From an uncultured Actinomycetota bacterium (GTDB lineage Bacteria > Actinomycetota > Acidimicrobiia > Spongiisociales > UBA5794), in NCBI GenBank assembly GCA_963715255.1, contig CAVQRN010000002.1, forward strand, positions 113,446 to 177,445: a stretch of DNA of 64,000 nucleotides. Direction: 5' to 3'. The position numbers and the translations under genes were made by a program. The notes below the pieces were generated by a model that saw only the letters and a program-made list of their open reading frames with translations, was not told where the DNA came from and did no database searches. The stretch's first letter is position 1; the number at the start of each line of letters is the position of its first letter. This document shows, piece by piece, positions 29,090 through 37,561 of the stretch.

Positions 29090-30019
29090 ATGGCTGAGCG
29101 TGGACGGGTGACCGCAGCAGCGGACGCCGTCGGTCGGTACCTCGGACAGGTATCGGATCACGGCCTGCTCGATGCCGAGGACGAGATTCGTCTCGCCCGA
29201 ACCATGGAGTCGGGCAAGAAGGCGCAACGACGACTCGAGTCGGGCGATCCTGTCGAGGCAGCCGAACGAGCTTCGCTGTATCGAATGGTCGAGATGGCAG
29301 ATGAAGCGAAGGACATCTTCATCCGCTCGAATCTCCGGCTCGTCGTCTCGATCGCAAAACGCTACACCGGACGCGGCCTCGACCTGCTCGACCTTGTCCA
29401 GGAAGGCAACCTCGGGCTCATTCGCGCGGTCGAGAAGTTCGACTGGCGCAAGGGCTTCAAGTTCTCCACCTACGCCACCTGGTGGATTCGCCAATCCATC
29501 ACACGCGGCCTGGGAAATCAGGGCAGAACGATCCGGCTGCCGGTGCACATGGTGGACGTCGTTCGCACCGTGCAGGAGGCTGAACTGAGCCTGCAGGAGC
29601 AGCTTCGCAGAGCGCCAACCGTCTCAGAGATTGCCGAAGTGAGCGGTCTCGACGAAGACCGGATCGAGATGGCACGGACTACACCAGGCGACACGATCTC
29701 GCTCGACCGACCGGTCGGCGAAGAAGGCGATGCTCAACTCGGCGACTTCGTCGAGGACGAGGCGACCCCCGATCCGTTCACCGTCGTCGCCGAGATCGCG
29801 CGTTCCGAAGAAGTGTCCAAGGCGCTTGGCGTGCTCGAGGAGCGGGAGTGTACGGTGCTCATCATGCGATTCGGAATCGGCGGGAACCCGCCACGGACGC
29901 TCTCCAGCGTTGGCGCCGAACTCGGAATCACACGAGAACGCGTGCGGCAGATCGAGAACCGAGCGCTCGGAAAACTCCGGCACCCAAGCGCCCTCTACGA
30001 CCTGAGATCGCTGCTTTGA
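29090..30019 (+). CDS. RNA polymerase sigma-70 family factor, group 1/2 (SigB-like, short N-terminus)
   Basis: Regions 1.2-4 are present: NLRLVVSIAKRYTGRGLDLLDLVQEGNLGLIRAVEKFDWRKGFKFSTYATWWIRQSITRGL, RTIRLPVHMVD, LGITRERVRQIENRAL. Confidence 0.9.
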   Translation: MAERGRVTAAADAVGRYLGQVSDHGLLDAEDEIRLARTMESGKKAQRRLESGDPVEAAERASLYRMVEMADEAKDIFIRSNLRLVVSIAKRYTGRGLDLLDLVQEGNLGLIRAVEKFDWRKGFKFSTYATWWIRQSITRGLGNQGRTIRLPVHMVDVVRTVQEAELSLQEQLRRAPTVSEIAEVSGLDEDRIEMARTTPGDTISLDRPVGEEGDAQLGDFVEDEATPDPFTVVAEIARSEEVSKALGVLEERECTVLIMRFGIGGNPPRTLSSVGAELGITRERVRQIENRALGKLRHPSALYDLRSLL

Positions 30020-30066
30020 GAAGTAGATCAGGAGCAGGTAGCAAGCAGCAGTAGACCAGTACCGCT

Positions 30067-30134
30067 CTACTCCGCCACTCCGCCACTCCGCCACTCCGCT
30101 ACTCCGCTACTCCGCTACTCCGCTACTCCGCTAC
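30067..30134. repeat. 8-nt tandem array, 8 units plus partial (5x CTACTCCG, 3x CCACTCCG)
   Basis: Read directly between the converging sigma (stop 30019) and nucS (stop 30138-30140) genes. Confidence 0.95.
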
Positions 30135-30137
30135 GAA

Positions 30138-30797
30138 CTAGAACAACCGGAGTACGTCCGAGTCGGCCCCTTTCAACGTCTCGTAGTCGACCTCCGTCCA
30201 GGTTATTCCTCGATCAGTTGCGAGCGTCCTGGCCTGAGGCTTCACCGCTTGAGCCACGAAGATTCCACGCACCGGGGCGAGACGCTCGTCCCGGTTGAGG
30301 AACTCGAGATACCTCGTGAGTTGCTCGACACCGTCCATCTCGCCACGGCGCTTGATCTCGATGGCAACCGTCTCTCCTGAGGCGTCTCGGCAGAGCAGAT
30401 CAACCGGTCCTATCGGCGTCGGGTACTCCCTGCGGATCAGCGTCATCCCCTCCTCGATCGCTTCCGGCTGCTCGGCAAGCAGCCGCTGGAGTTCGAGCTC
30501 AACGCCGTCCTTCTGAAGGCCGGGATCCTCTCCCAATTCGACGGTTGTGTCCATGTGGATCTCGTGAAGATCGATCGTGAGCTGCTCCCCTTTGCCGTTG
30601 GTGAGGAACCAGCGTCCACCTTCTTCGACGAGGTGGTTGGGTGCGTTCATCCAGTTGAGCGGCTTGTAGGCGCCGGCTTCGGCATGGACAAGAAGCGATC
30701 CGTCGGCCTTGATGATGATCAGCCTGGTGGCACGTGGCAGGTGCGCAGCAAGGCGACCTGCGTAGTTCACGGTGCAGTCTGCAACGACGATGCGCAT
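30138..30797 (-). CDS. nucS: Endonuclease NucS (EndoMS, mismatch-specific)
   Basis: [21 protein letters not shown]... N-terminal domain and a RecB-like C-terminal nuclease domain (VDLLCRD...VAIEIKRR). Confidence 0.9.
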   Translation of the reverse strand: MRIVVADCTVNYAGRLAAHLPRATRLIIIKADGSLLVHAEAGAYKPLNWMNAPNHLVEEGGRWFLTNGKGEQLTIDLHEIHMDTTVELGEDPGLQKDGVELELQRLLAEQPEAIEEGMTLIRREYPTPIGPVDLLCRDASGETVAIEIKRRGEMDGVEQLTRYLEFLNRDERLAPVRGIFVAQAVKPQARTLATDRGITWTEVDYETLKGADSDVLRLF

Positions 30798-30884
30798 GAA
30801 TCGAAAGCGTACCCGCGGTCCGGCCGCTTCGGGCCAGGACGTCCCGGCGAGACCGGCCGCCGCCCTCCCGACCTGCAGCGGGCG

Positions 30885-32288
30885 TCAGCCGACCGAGCCC
30901 TCCATCTGAAGCTCGACGAGCCGATTCAGCTCGACGGCGTACTCCATCGGCAACTCCTTGACGATCGGCTCGATGAATCCGGCCACGACCATCGCCGTCG
31001 CTTGTTCCTCGGTAAGACCTCGTGACATCAGGTAGAAGAGTTGGTCCTCCCCCACCTTCGACACCGTCGCTTCGTGACCGATGTCGACATTCGACTCTTC
31101 GATCTCCATGTACGGATACGTGTCGGACCGAGAGTCCTCGTCGAGAATCAGAGCGTCACACCGGACGAAGGAACGGGCGTTCGTCGCCCCCGGTTCGACA
31201 CGGACAAGTCCACGGTACCCCGCACGGCCACCGTGGATCGAGATCGATTTGGAAGTGATGAGCGATGTCGTGTTCGGGGCAACGTGGACGATCTTCGCAC
31301 CCGCGTCCAGGTGCTGCCCGGCCCCGGCCATCGCGATCGAGAGGATCTCTCCGTGGGCACCCTCACCCATCAGCCACACCGCCGGATACTTGGCGGTGAA
31401 CTTCGAACCGAGATTGCCGTCGACCCACTCCATGGTCGCGTTCTTGTATGCGACGGCGCGCTTCGTAACAAGATTGAAGACGTTGTTCGACCAGTTCTGG
31501 ATCGTCGAGTAGCGGGCACGGCCGCCTTCCTTGACGACGATCTCGACCACGGCGGAGTGAAGTGAGTCGGACGAGTACACCGGGGCCGAGCAGCCCTCGA
31601 CGTAGTGAACGAACGCGCCTTCATCAACGATGATCAACGTTCGTTCGAACTGACCCATGTTCTCCGCGTTGATGCGGAAGTAGGCCTGGAGCGGCTCGTC
31701 GAGATGCACGCCGGGGGGGATGTAGATGAAAGACCCACCAGACCAGACCGCGGAATTGAGTGCCGCGAACTTGTTGTCGTTCGGCGGGATGATGGTGCCG
31801 AAGTACTCCCGAACGATGTCCGGGTACTCGCGAACGGCGGTGTCCATGTCGGTGAACAGCACCCCGAGTTCCGCGAGATCCTCACGGTTCCGGTGGTACA
31901 CCACTTCACTTTCATACTGCGCAGTTACGCCGGCGAGGTACTTTCTCTCGGCTTCGGGGATGCCGAGTTTCTCGTAGGTGTCCTTGATCGAGTCCGGGAC
32001 CATGTCCCAGTCCTGAACCTGACCCTCGGTCGGTTTGATGTAGTAGTAGATGTTGTCGAAGTCGATCTCGTTGAGCGCCCCGTCGCCGACCCACTGAGGC
32101 AGCGGCTTGCGCAGGAATCTCCGGTACGACTTGAGTCGGAACTCGAGCATCCACTCGGGTTCCTTCTTCATTCGCGACATGTCACGAATGATCTGCTCGC
32201 TCAGACCCCTCTCGGGCTTGTAGACGTAGTCTTCTTCGTCGGACCAACCCAGTTGGTAGGAGCCGAGATCGAGATCGACGGTGGTCAT
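30885..32288 (-). CDS. sufB: Fe-S cluster assembly protein SufB
   Basis: Highly conserved throughout, e.g. [51 protein letters not shown]. Confidence 0.95.
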   Translation of the reverse strand: MTTVDLDLGSYQLGWSDEEDYVYKPERGLSEQIIRDMSRMKKEPEWMLEFRLKSYRRFLRKPLPQWVGDGALNEIDFDNIYYYIKPTEGQVQDWDMVPDSIKDTYEKLGIPEAERKYLAGVTAQYESEVVYHRNREDLAELGVLFTDMDTAVREYPDIVREYFGTIIPPNDNKFAALNSAVWSGGSFIYIPPGVHLDEPLQAYFRINAENMGQFERTLIIVDEGAFVHYVEGCSAPVYSSDSLHSAVVEIVVKEGGRARYSTIQNWSNNVFNLVTKRAVAYKNATMEWVDGNLGSKFTAKYPAVWLMGEGAHGEILSIAMAGAGQHLDAGAKIVHVAPNTTSLITSKSISIHGGRAGYRGLVRVEPGATNARSFVRCDALILDEDSRSDTYPYMEIEESNVDIGHEATVSKVGEDQLFYLMSRGLTEEQATAMVVAGFIEPIVKELPMEYAVELNRLVELQMEGSVG

Positions 32289-32377
32289 GATGCTGTACTC
32301 CCCGGATTTGCACTATGGGCGTAGTGTCATTGTACGGTGCCCGTTGGACGAAGGGGACGGAGATTCGAGCGAGCGGC

Positions 32378-32430
32378 TTCGCCGGGGCAGGAACGAGTGG
32401 GAGTGGGGAAAACCGAACCGCCCCGGCGAA
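32378..32430 (-). terminator. Perfect 11-bp inverted repeat (stem-loop) between eis-like gene and sufB
   Basis: ttcgccggggc (32378-32388) and gccccggcgaa (32420-32430) with a 31-nt loop, downstream of the eis-like stop and upstream of sufB. No U-tract. Confidence 0.4.
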
Positions 32431-32482
32431 CCGCCGCTCATACCCTCAACGCTCTCGCAGCGCCGTTCGTTCCCTTGCGGGA

Positions 32483-33709
32483 TCAGAACATGTCCTCGCA
32501 CCACGGTGCGACGTCGCCGCGAAACATGCGGCCGAGCAGGGTCACCGAATCCTGATCCCCGCGCACGAGGCCCGCCTCGGCCATAGCGTGCGCGTCACCG
32601 CCGCCGAGATACAGCGCTGCCAGCTCGGCCGCACCAAGCGTGAGGTCGATCGCCTGTTGATCGGTGCGCCGGCACGTTCCGATGCCCTCGGTCACGCCGA
32701 GGGCGAACGATCCTCCGCACTCCGGCAAGAACTCATCCTCGATAGCGAGATGGAGCGTCCCATCCGCTGCGTAGCCTCGTGCCCCGAGGGCGGTCGGCAC
32801 GTCGAGGATTCGGAGATACAGCGCATCCAAGCGCTTCCGCGTGATCCTTCGATGGTCGGGCACCTTCCATCGAAGGGGGTCACCGACCGGCATGTTCCAG
32901 TAGTGCACGTTGGGAAACAGGTCGATGTTCATGAGAAATCGCCAAATGCCGGTGTGAGCGGCAGATGACGCGGTGATGATCTCACGGATTCTGATCTTCC
33001 CATCCGGGAAGGCGCCGGACCAATCGCCTTTCTGCCGATAGATCGCGTAGCCATCGGGGATGCCGTCGGTCTCGTGGAGGAGGTATCGGCGGGAAGAGAA
33101 ACCGCCCGGCCTGCGCTTCTCCGGATCGAAGAACACGTCGATCTTCCACGCCGCCGCGTTGCGGGTCAACATCCCGGGGATCCGGACCCGCATCTCGTCG
33201 TAGAGGGCAGGGAGTACACCGCGCGCCTCTTCCACATCCACCAAACGGATCGTCCCGGCGGAACCCTCGACGGCGGCGCGTCCCTGTTCCATGTCGACTT
33301 CTTCGTTCTCCGTCGCAACTCCGAACCCATACCTGCCGTAGATGATGCTTTCAGATGCCCACAGTCCGGCGAGTGGCTCGTTTCGCGCGATCGTGTCCAT
33401 CAGGTGATCTCGCATCATCGCCGTGAGCACGCCGCGGCGCCGGTGGGTCGGAGCCACGGTGACGACCGTCGTTCCTGCCATCGGAACACTCCCGCCACTG
33501 GGGACCGTCACGTCGAAGGGGAAGGCGCCGAGCGTTCCCACCATCGCGTCACCGTCGAAGGCTGCAACCGTTCGATCTCGCGGGAACATTTCGAAGAACC
33601 ATTCCTCCGGCATGATCGTTCCGTCGAAGTCGTCACCGAAGCCTGCCGACACGGCGGCCCGGAAGGTCAACGCTTCGTCTTCGCGAATGGGGCGGGTTGT
33701 GATCTCCAT
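32483..33709 (-). CDS. Eis-like GNAT N-acetyltransferase with C-terminal SCP2-like domain
   Basis: About 408 aa, with tandem GNAT-like regions ([15 protein letters not shown]) and a sterol-carrier-like C-terminus, the architecture of enhanced-intracellular-survival-type acetyltransferases. Confidence 0.75.
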   Translation of the reverse strand: MEITTRPIREDEALTFRAAVSAGFGDDFDGTIMPEEWFFEMFPRDRTVAAFDGDAMVGTLGAFPFDVTVPSGGSVPMAGTTVVTVAPTHRRRGVLTAMMRDHLMDTIARNEPLAGLWASESIIYGRYGFGVATENEEVDMEQGRAAVEGSAGTIRLVDVEEARGVLPALYDEMRVRIPGMLTRNAAAWKIDVFFDPEKRRPGGFSSRRYLLHETDGIPDGYAIYRQKGDWSGAFPDGKIRIREIITASSAAHTGIWRFLMNIDLFPNVHYWNMPVGDPLRWKVPDHRRITRKRLDALYLRILDVPTALGARGYAADGTLHLAIEDEFLPECGGSFALGVTEGIGTCRRTDQQAIDLTLGAAELAALYLGGGDAHAMAEAGLVRGDQDSVTLLGRMFRGDVAPWCEDMF

Positions 33710-33790
33710 GATGGGCCGAGACTACCGGCGATCGCGGAGCCTCACCGATGGCGATACGATCCACAGCGTTCGCACCCGGGAGGCAGAGCC

Positions 33791-34582
33791 ATGGGACCGG
33801 TGAGGATCGCCGTCCAGATTCATCCGCAGCACACCGACTACACCGGTATTCGTGACACCGTCATGCAGGCCGAGGACATGGGTGTTGACGTTGTCTACAA
33901 CTGGGATCACTTCTACCCGCTCTACGGCGGTGATCCGGATCCCAATGTGGGGAAGCACTTCGAGTGCTGGACGATGCTCGGGGCCTGGGCAGAGCAGACC
34001 AGTCGGATCCAGTTCGGTGCGCTCGTCACGTGCAATTCGTATCGCAATCCCGAACTCCTCGCCGACATGGCCAGAACCGTCGATCACATTTCCGATGGTC
34101 GGTTGATCCTCGGGATCGGGTCCGGTTGGTTCGAGAAGGACTACGACGAATACGGCTACGACTTCGGAACGAAGGGAAGCCGGCTCCGCGATCTCGATGC
34201 TGCCATGCCTCGGATCAGGGACCGGCTCGAGCGGCTCGATCCCCCGCCGACCCGTCACATTCCGATCCTGATCGGTGGCGGTGGAGAGAAGGTAACGCTA
34301 CGAATCGTCGCCGAATACGCAGACGTGTGGCACACCTTCGGGGACCTCGAGACGGTCGCCCACAAGTCGAAGGTGCTGAACGAATGGTGCAATAGGGTCG
34401 ATAGAGATCCGTCAGAAGTCGAGCGCTCGATCGGCATGCAGGCAGCGAACTTGGATCGAGCCGACGACTACCTCGCTTTGGGTATCACCGAATTCACCCT
34501 CGGCTTCACGGGTCCGGATCTGGATCTGGAGCCGGCGAAGGCGTGGCTGAAGTGGCGGGATTCGGTGAATGGGATGGTGTAG
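33791..34582 (+). CDS. LLM-class F420-dependent oxidoreductase (second copy)
   Basis: [14 protein letters not shown]..., [29 protein letters not shown] 33791 preceded by GGGAGG. The upstream part of ORF 33074..34582 is antisense to the eis-like gene. Confidence 0.8.
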   Translation: MGPVRIAVQIHPQHTDYTGIRDTVMQAEDMGVDVVYNWDHFYPLYGGDPDPNVGKHFECWTMLGAWAEQTSRIQFGALVTCNSYRNPELLADMARTVDHISDGRLILGIGSGWFEKDYDEYGYDFGTKGSRLRDLDAAMPRIRDRLERLDPPPTRHIPILIGGGGEKVTLRIVAEYADVWHTFGDLETVAHKSKVLNEWCNRVDRDPSEVERSIGMQAANLDRADDYLALGITEFTLGFTGPDLDLEPAKAWLKWRDSVNGMV

Positions 34583-34614
34583 CGGAGTAGCCGAGTAGCG
34601 GAGTAGCCGAGTAG
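34580..34614. repeat. 8-nt tandem array in TAG-sense orientation (TAG CGGAGTAG CCGAGTAG CGGAGTAG CCGAGTAG)
   Basis: Read directly. The first TAG (34580-34582) is the LLM gene stop codon. Confidence 0.9.
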
Positions 34615-34661
34615 CTCGGTGGTCAACAATTGACCAGCGTCGAACGATCGTGCACGAGCCC

Positions 34662-34687
34662 CGGAGGCACCACGACGTGTGCCTCCG
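34662..34687. terminator. Perfect 9-bp stem / 8-nt loop hairpin between convergent genes
   Basis: cggaggcac-cacgacgt-gtgcctccg. It sits between the two inverted 8-mer arrays. No U-tract on either side. Confidence 0.45.
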
Positions 34688-34707
34688 CTACTCCGCTACT
34701 CGGCTAC
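34688..34707. repeat. 8-nt tandem array, inverted copy (CTACTCCG CTACTCGG CTAC...)
   Basis: Reverse complement of the 34583-34614 array. The PPOX-family gene stop (cta 34696-34698) is the start of unit 2. Confidence 0.85.
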
Positions 34708-35355
34708 CTCTCCCACGAACCGTCGTACGGACGGTGGGATGCCGACGCCGTCAAGGTTGTGGGGGTCCGGTTCCGGGACGCCCGGCGTGAGGGTCAGCGG
34801 GATGACGCCGGCCCAGATGGGGAGGTCGTAGTCCTCGGGTTCGTCACCGACGTCGTTCTCGCTGATCTTTGCCGAGTACTCCTCGATCGGGACGGCAACA
34901 ACAAGCGTTCCCTTGTCCTCGCTGCGCGAGGGAGGCCTCGCTTCGGACCACCGGCCCGGGAGAGCGGCGTTGGTGATGGCCTTCAACGCAATCATTCGTT
35001 CTTCCGGTGAGTCGACGAATCGCGCCGTGCCGAACACCATGGCCGACCGGTAGTGCATCGAATGGTGGAAGACCGACCGCGCGGCGACGATCCCGTCGAG
35101 AAGCGTCGCCGTCACGGTGACGTCGGCACCCTTCTTCATCACATGCAGCATGCGACTCGCAGGAGAGCCATGGAAGTAGAGGGTGTCACCGACCCTGGCG
35201 TGGATCGTGGGAATCACGAACGCCGAGCCGTCTGCGACGAATCCGACATGGCAGATCAAGGCCTCATCGAAGATCTCATCCACGATCTCTCGGTCATACC
35301 GTGCCTTCTCTCGTGCCCGTTGGACCCGCGTGCGCTCGGTGGATGGTTCGGTCAT
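34696..35355 (-). CDS. Pyridoxamine 5'-phosphate oxidase family (FMN-binding split-barrel) protein
   Basis: RARYDREIVDEIFDEALICHVGFVADGSAFVIPTIHARVGDTLYFHGS is typical of PPOX-class flavin-binding proteins. The C-terminal VAE* is encoded by a repeat unit. Confidence 0.8.
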   Translation of the reverse strand: MTEPSTERTRVQRAREKARYDREIVDEIFDEALICHVGFVADGSAFVIPTIHARVGDTLYFHGSPASRMLHVMKKGADVTVTATLLDGIVAARSVFHHSMHYRSAMVFGTARFVDSPEERMIALKAITNAALPGRWSEARPPSRSEDKGTLVVAVPIEEYSAKISENDVGDEPEDYDLPIWAGVIPLTLTPGVPEPDPHNLDGVGIPPSVRRFVGEVAE

Positions 35356-35482
35356 GGAGCCATCCTAGGAAGGCGCACACCACGATCGGGGAGTCACGAC
35401 GGGCTCGGTACTCACGGACGCGAACCGTGTCGCGTCGAAGCGCCGGCCGTCCAGCCGATGCTCCGACAGCGTCAACTGGAGA

Positions 35483-35665
35483 TCAGTCCTTCTGATCGTC
35501 GATGAAGTCTTTCGCCTTGTCGGCACCAGTCTCGATCTGATCGGTTGCCTTGCCACCGGTCGCTGAGTCGGCCAACTTCGCGCCCTTGTCGACTACGTCC
35601 TTGGCCGCGTCGGCATGATCGCCGGCCAGGTCCTTTGCCTTGTCGAACATGTCTCCGAGTCCCAT
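35483..35665 (-). CDS. Small K/D/A-rich protein, MT0933-like (annotated 'antitoxin' family) / CsbD-like
   Basis: 60 aa: MGLGDMFDKAKDLAGDHADAAKDVVDKGAKLADSATGGKATDQIETGADKAKDFIDDQKD. Composition and repeats are typical of this actinobacterial small-protein family. Confidence 0.6.
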   Translation of the reverse strand: MGLGDMFDKAKDLAGDHADAAKDVVDKGAKLADSATGGKATDQIETGADKAKDFIDDQKD

Positions 35666-35858
35666 ATCTCCTCGTTCTCTTGCTTGGTCGGTCCGATCGT
35701 ACCGCTACCCGGGACCCCACCTCCTGGATCGTCACTGTAGCTACTCGAGTGGATGGCTCATCGAGCATCTCGGATCTGCAATATGCTGGTTGGGTGGCGA
35801 CTCAATGCAACTCCAAGGTCCTTCCTCTGCGGCTCGGTTCACGCGATCGCCCAGATGC

Positions 35859-36455
35859 ATGAACTACCACCTGCTCGCCAAGATCTACGACACCGTGCTC
35901 GCACCGACCGAGCGCATGGGCGTGCGCGATCAGCGCCGACGACTGATGGACGGACTGACAGGAAGGATCGTCGAGATCGGCGCAGGCACAGGACTCAACG
36001 TCCCCCTCTACCCGACGACGGCAGATGAGATCCACGCCCTCGAACGCGATCAGCATATGGTGGAGCGGCTCAAGAGAAGGGCCCGCGATGCTCCCGTTCC
36101 CCTGTTCCTCTACCGGGGAGACGCCCACGATCTACCGTTCTCCGACGGTGTCTTCGACGCCGCGATCATCACGTTTGCCCTGTGCACAATCCCCCAACCG
36201 GTGCGGGCGCTCGACGAAGCTCACCGTGTGGTCCGACCCGGCGGAATGCTCCGTTTCCTCGAGCACATCCGCTCACCAATCGCGCGAACTCCGCGCTGGC
36301 AGGATCGCATCAATCCGATGTGGGGAAGAGTGTCTGGTGGATGCAGACTCAACCAGCCAACCGTCGAGATCCTCGAGGCAACCCGTTGGGAGATGGACGA
36401 GGTCTGGCGATCCGGTGGCGGTTTCGTGGCCGCCGGTCAGGCCTTCCGAACCTGA
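35859..36455 (+). CDS. Class I SAM-dependent methyltransferase
   Basis: Motif I VEIGAGTGLN, post-I ALERD, LPFSDGVFDAAI, RVVRPGGMLRFLEH. Start uncertain (ATG 35859 or 35805). Confidence 0.75.
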   Translation: MNYHLLAKIYDTVLAPTERMGVRDQRRRLMDGLTGRIVEIGAGTGLNVPLYPTTADEIHALERDQHMVERLKRRARDAPVPLFLYRGDAHDLPFSDGVFDAAIITFALCTIPQPVRALDEAHRVVRPGGMLRFLEHIRSPIARTPRWQDRINPMWGRVSGGCRLNQPTVEILEATRWEMDEVWRSGGGFVAAGQAFRT

Positions 36456-37561
36456 TCCCGCAGCGCCACTCCGAACGCGTCGATGACACGCATCGGTGTC
36501 GTTGCGTGGGGAGATACCCGGATCCATCCGTTCCGCTCAGAGACCACGAATCCTGATGCTGCCAGAGCTTCGACCGCATCAGCAGCCGGGACACCCGGAA
36601 TCCTGAACGTGACGATTCCGGCCCGCTCGCCGTCCGATCGCCACGGTGCGATCACCTCAGCACCGACCGACCGGACCAGGTCGAGGACAGCGCCCGATCT
36701 CTCGAGCACCGCTGCCTCGATGTCCGCGATGCCGCCGGACCCGAGCACCTGCAACGCCGTGGCTGCCGCGACGGCGCCGGGTAGGTTCGGCGAACTCTCG
36801 AGGAACCGATTCGCCGTCCGCAGTGCCGGATGGGGAGGCGGTGCCTCGAAGGCAAAACTGTCTTCGACGCTCCACCACCCGGTGAGCGTCGGCGCGAGCC
36901 GATCGAACACCCGCGGAGAGACCGCCATCACGCCGGCGGAGAAGCCTGCCCGCAGCCACTTCTGCCCCCCAGCGACGAACACGTCGGCGTTCCCGAGGCC
37001 GGCCTCAATCGCACCGAGACCTTGGATGCCATCGACGAGCACGAGCGCATCGCCTGCCGCCTCCACAATCGCATCGATGTCGACACGGAACCCAGTCATG
37101 TAGTCGACGAGGCTCACGGCCACGAGGCGAGTGTCGCCGTCGATAGCTGCGCCGAGCGCAGCTGCGTCGACCCGACGGTCGGTGATCTCGACGGCGCGCA
37201 CCTCGGGTCCGCCAACAGCCTCGGCACGCAGCCACGGGTAGCGATTGGCCGGGAATTCATGGGCAGGGACCACGACATTTCCACCCGAGCCGACGAGCCC
37301 GAAGGCGATCTGCATGATGCCGGCTCCGGTCGACGGAACGGAGGTGGCGTACCCTTCTGCGACACCGAGAGCACCAGCGATCGTCCTACATGACTGGTCG
37401 TAGGCCGGGCCGATGATCTGGGTGGCCGGTCGGTCGCCTGCAGCAACCCCGTCGAGCAGGTCGGCACTGGCCTTCCTGGCCGACTTCGACGCAGGACCAA
37501 CCGAAGCAAAGTTGAGGTAGCCGTCCTGCTCATCGAACTGGGCCAGGTACTCCTGATTCAC
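36437..37561 (-). CDS. Class V aminotransferase (cysteine desulfurase/epimerase-like PLP enzyme)
   Basis: YLNFASVGP, DYMTGFRVD, FVAGGQKWLRAG (PLP-lysine context). The GTG start forms a GTGA overlap with the upstream ABC gene stop. This is the C-terminal third of the artefactual 965-aa ORF 36437..39334. Confidence 0.8.
   Translation of the reverse strand: MNQEYLAQFDEQDGYLNFASVGPASKSARKASADLLDGVAAGDRPATQIIGPAYDQSCRTIAGALGVAEGYATSVPSTGAGIMQIAFGLVGSGGNVVVPAHEFPANRYPWLRAEAVGGPEVRAVEITDRRVDAAALGAAIDGDTRLVAVSLVDYMTGFRVDIDAIVEAAGDALVLVDGIQGLGAIEAGLGNADVFVAGGQKWLRAGFSAGVMAVSPRVFDRLAPTLTGWWSVEDSFAFEAPPPHPALRTANRFLESSPNLPGAVAAATALQVLGSGGIADIEAAVLERSGAVLDLVRSVGAEVIAPWRSDGERAGIVTFRIPGVPAADAVEALAASGFVVSERNGWIRVSPHATTPMRVIDAFGVALRDQVRKA

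Noticed and set aside
27482-29548. 688-aa version of the DUF4015-like ORF extending over the sigma-factor gene
   Set aside because: The extension is antisense to a strongly conserved sigma-70 gene. An internal ATG (28985-28987) gives a textbook lipoprotein signal peptide.
25924-30884. The sufB-sufD interruption as a mobile genomic island
   Set aside because: It has no integrase, transposase, tRNA flank or direct repeats at its edges. Its gene content (sigma factor, nucS, UDG) is core-like, so it is treated as a rearrangement rather than a mobile element.
33074-34582. 502-aa and 662-aa extended ORFs (33074..34582 and 56135..58123)
   Set aside because: The N-terminal extensions are antisense to the eis-like and GNAT-ACS genes. 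Internal ATGs with an RBS (33791, 57347) give proteins of the normal family length.
35483-35665. Toxin-antitoxin module suggested by the 'antitoxin' family name of the 60-aa protein
   Set aside because: There is no adjacent small toxin-like ORF on either side, and the protein looks like a stand-alone CsbD/MT0933-type stress protein.
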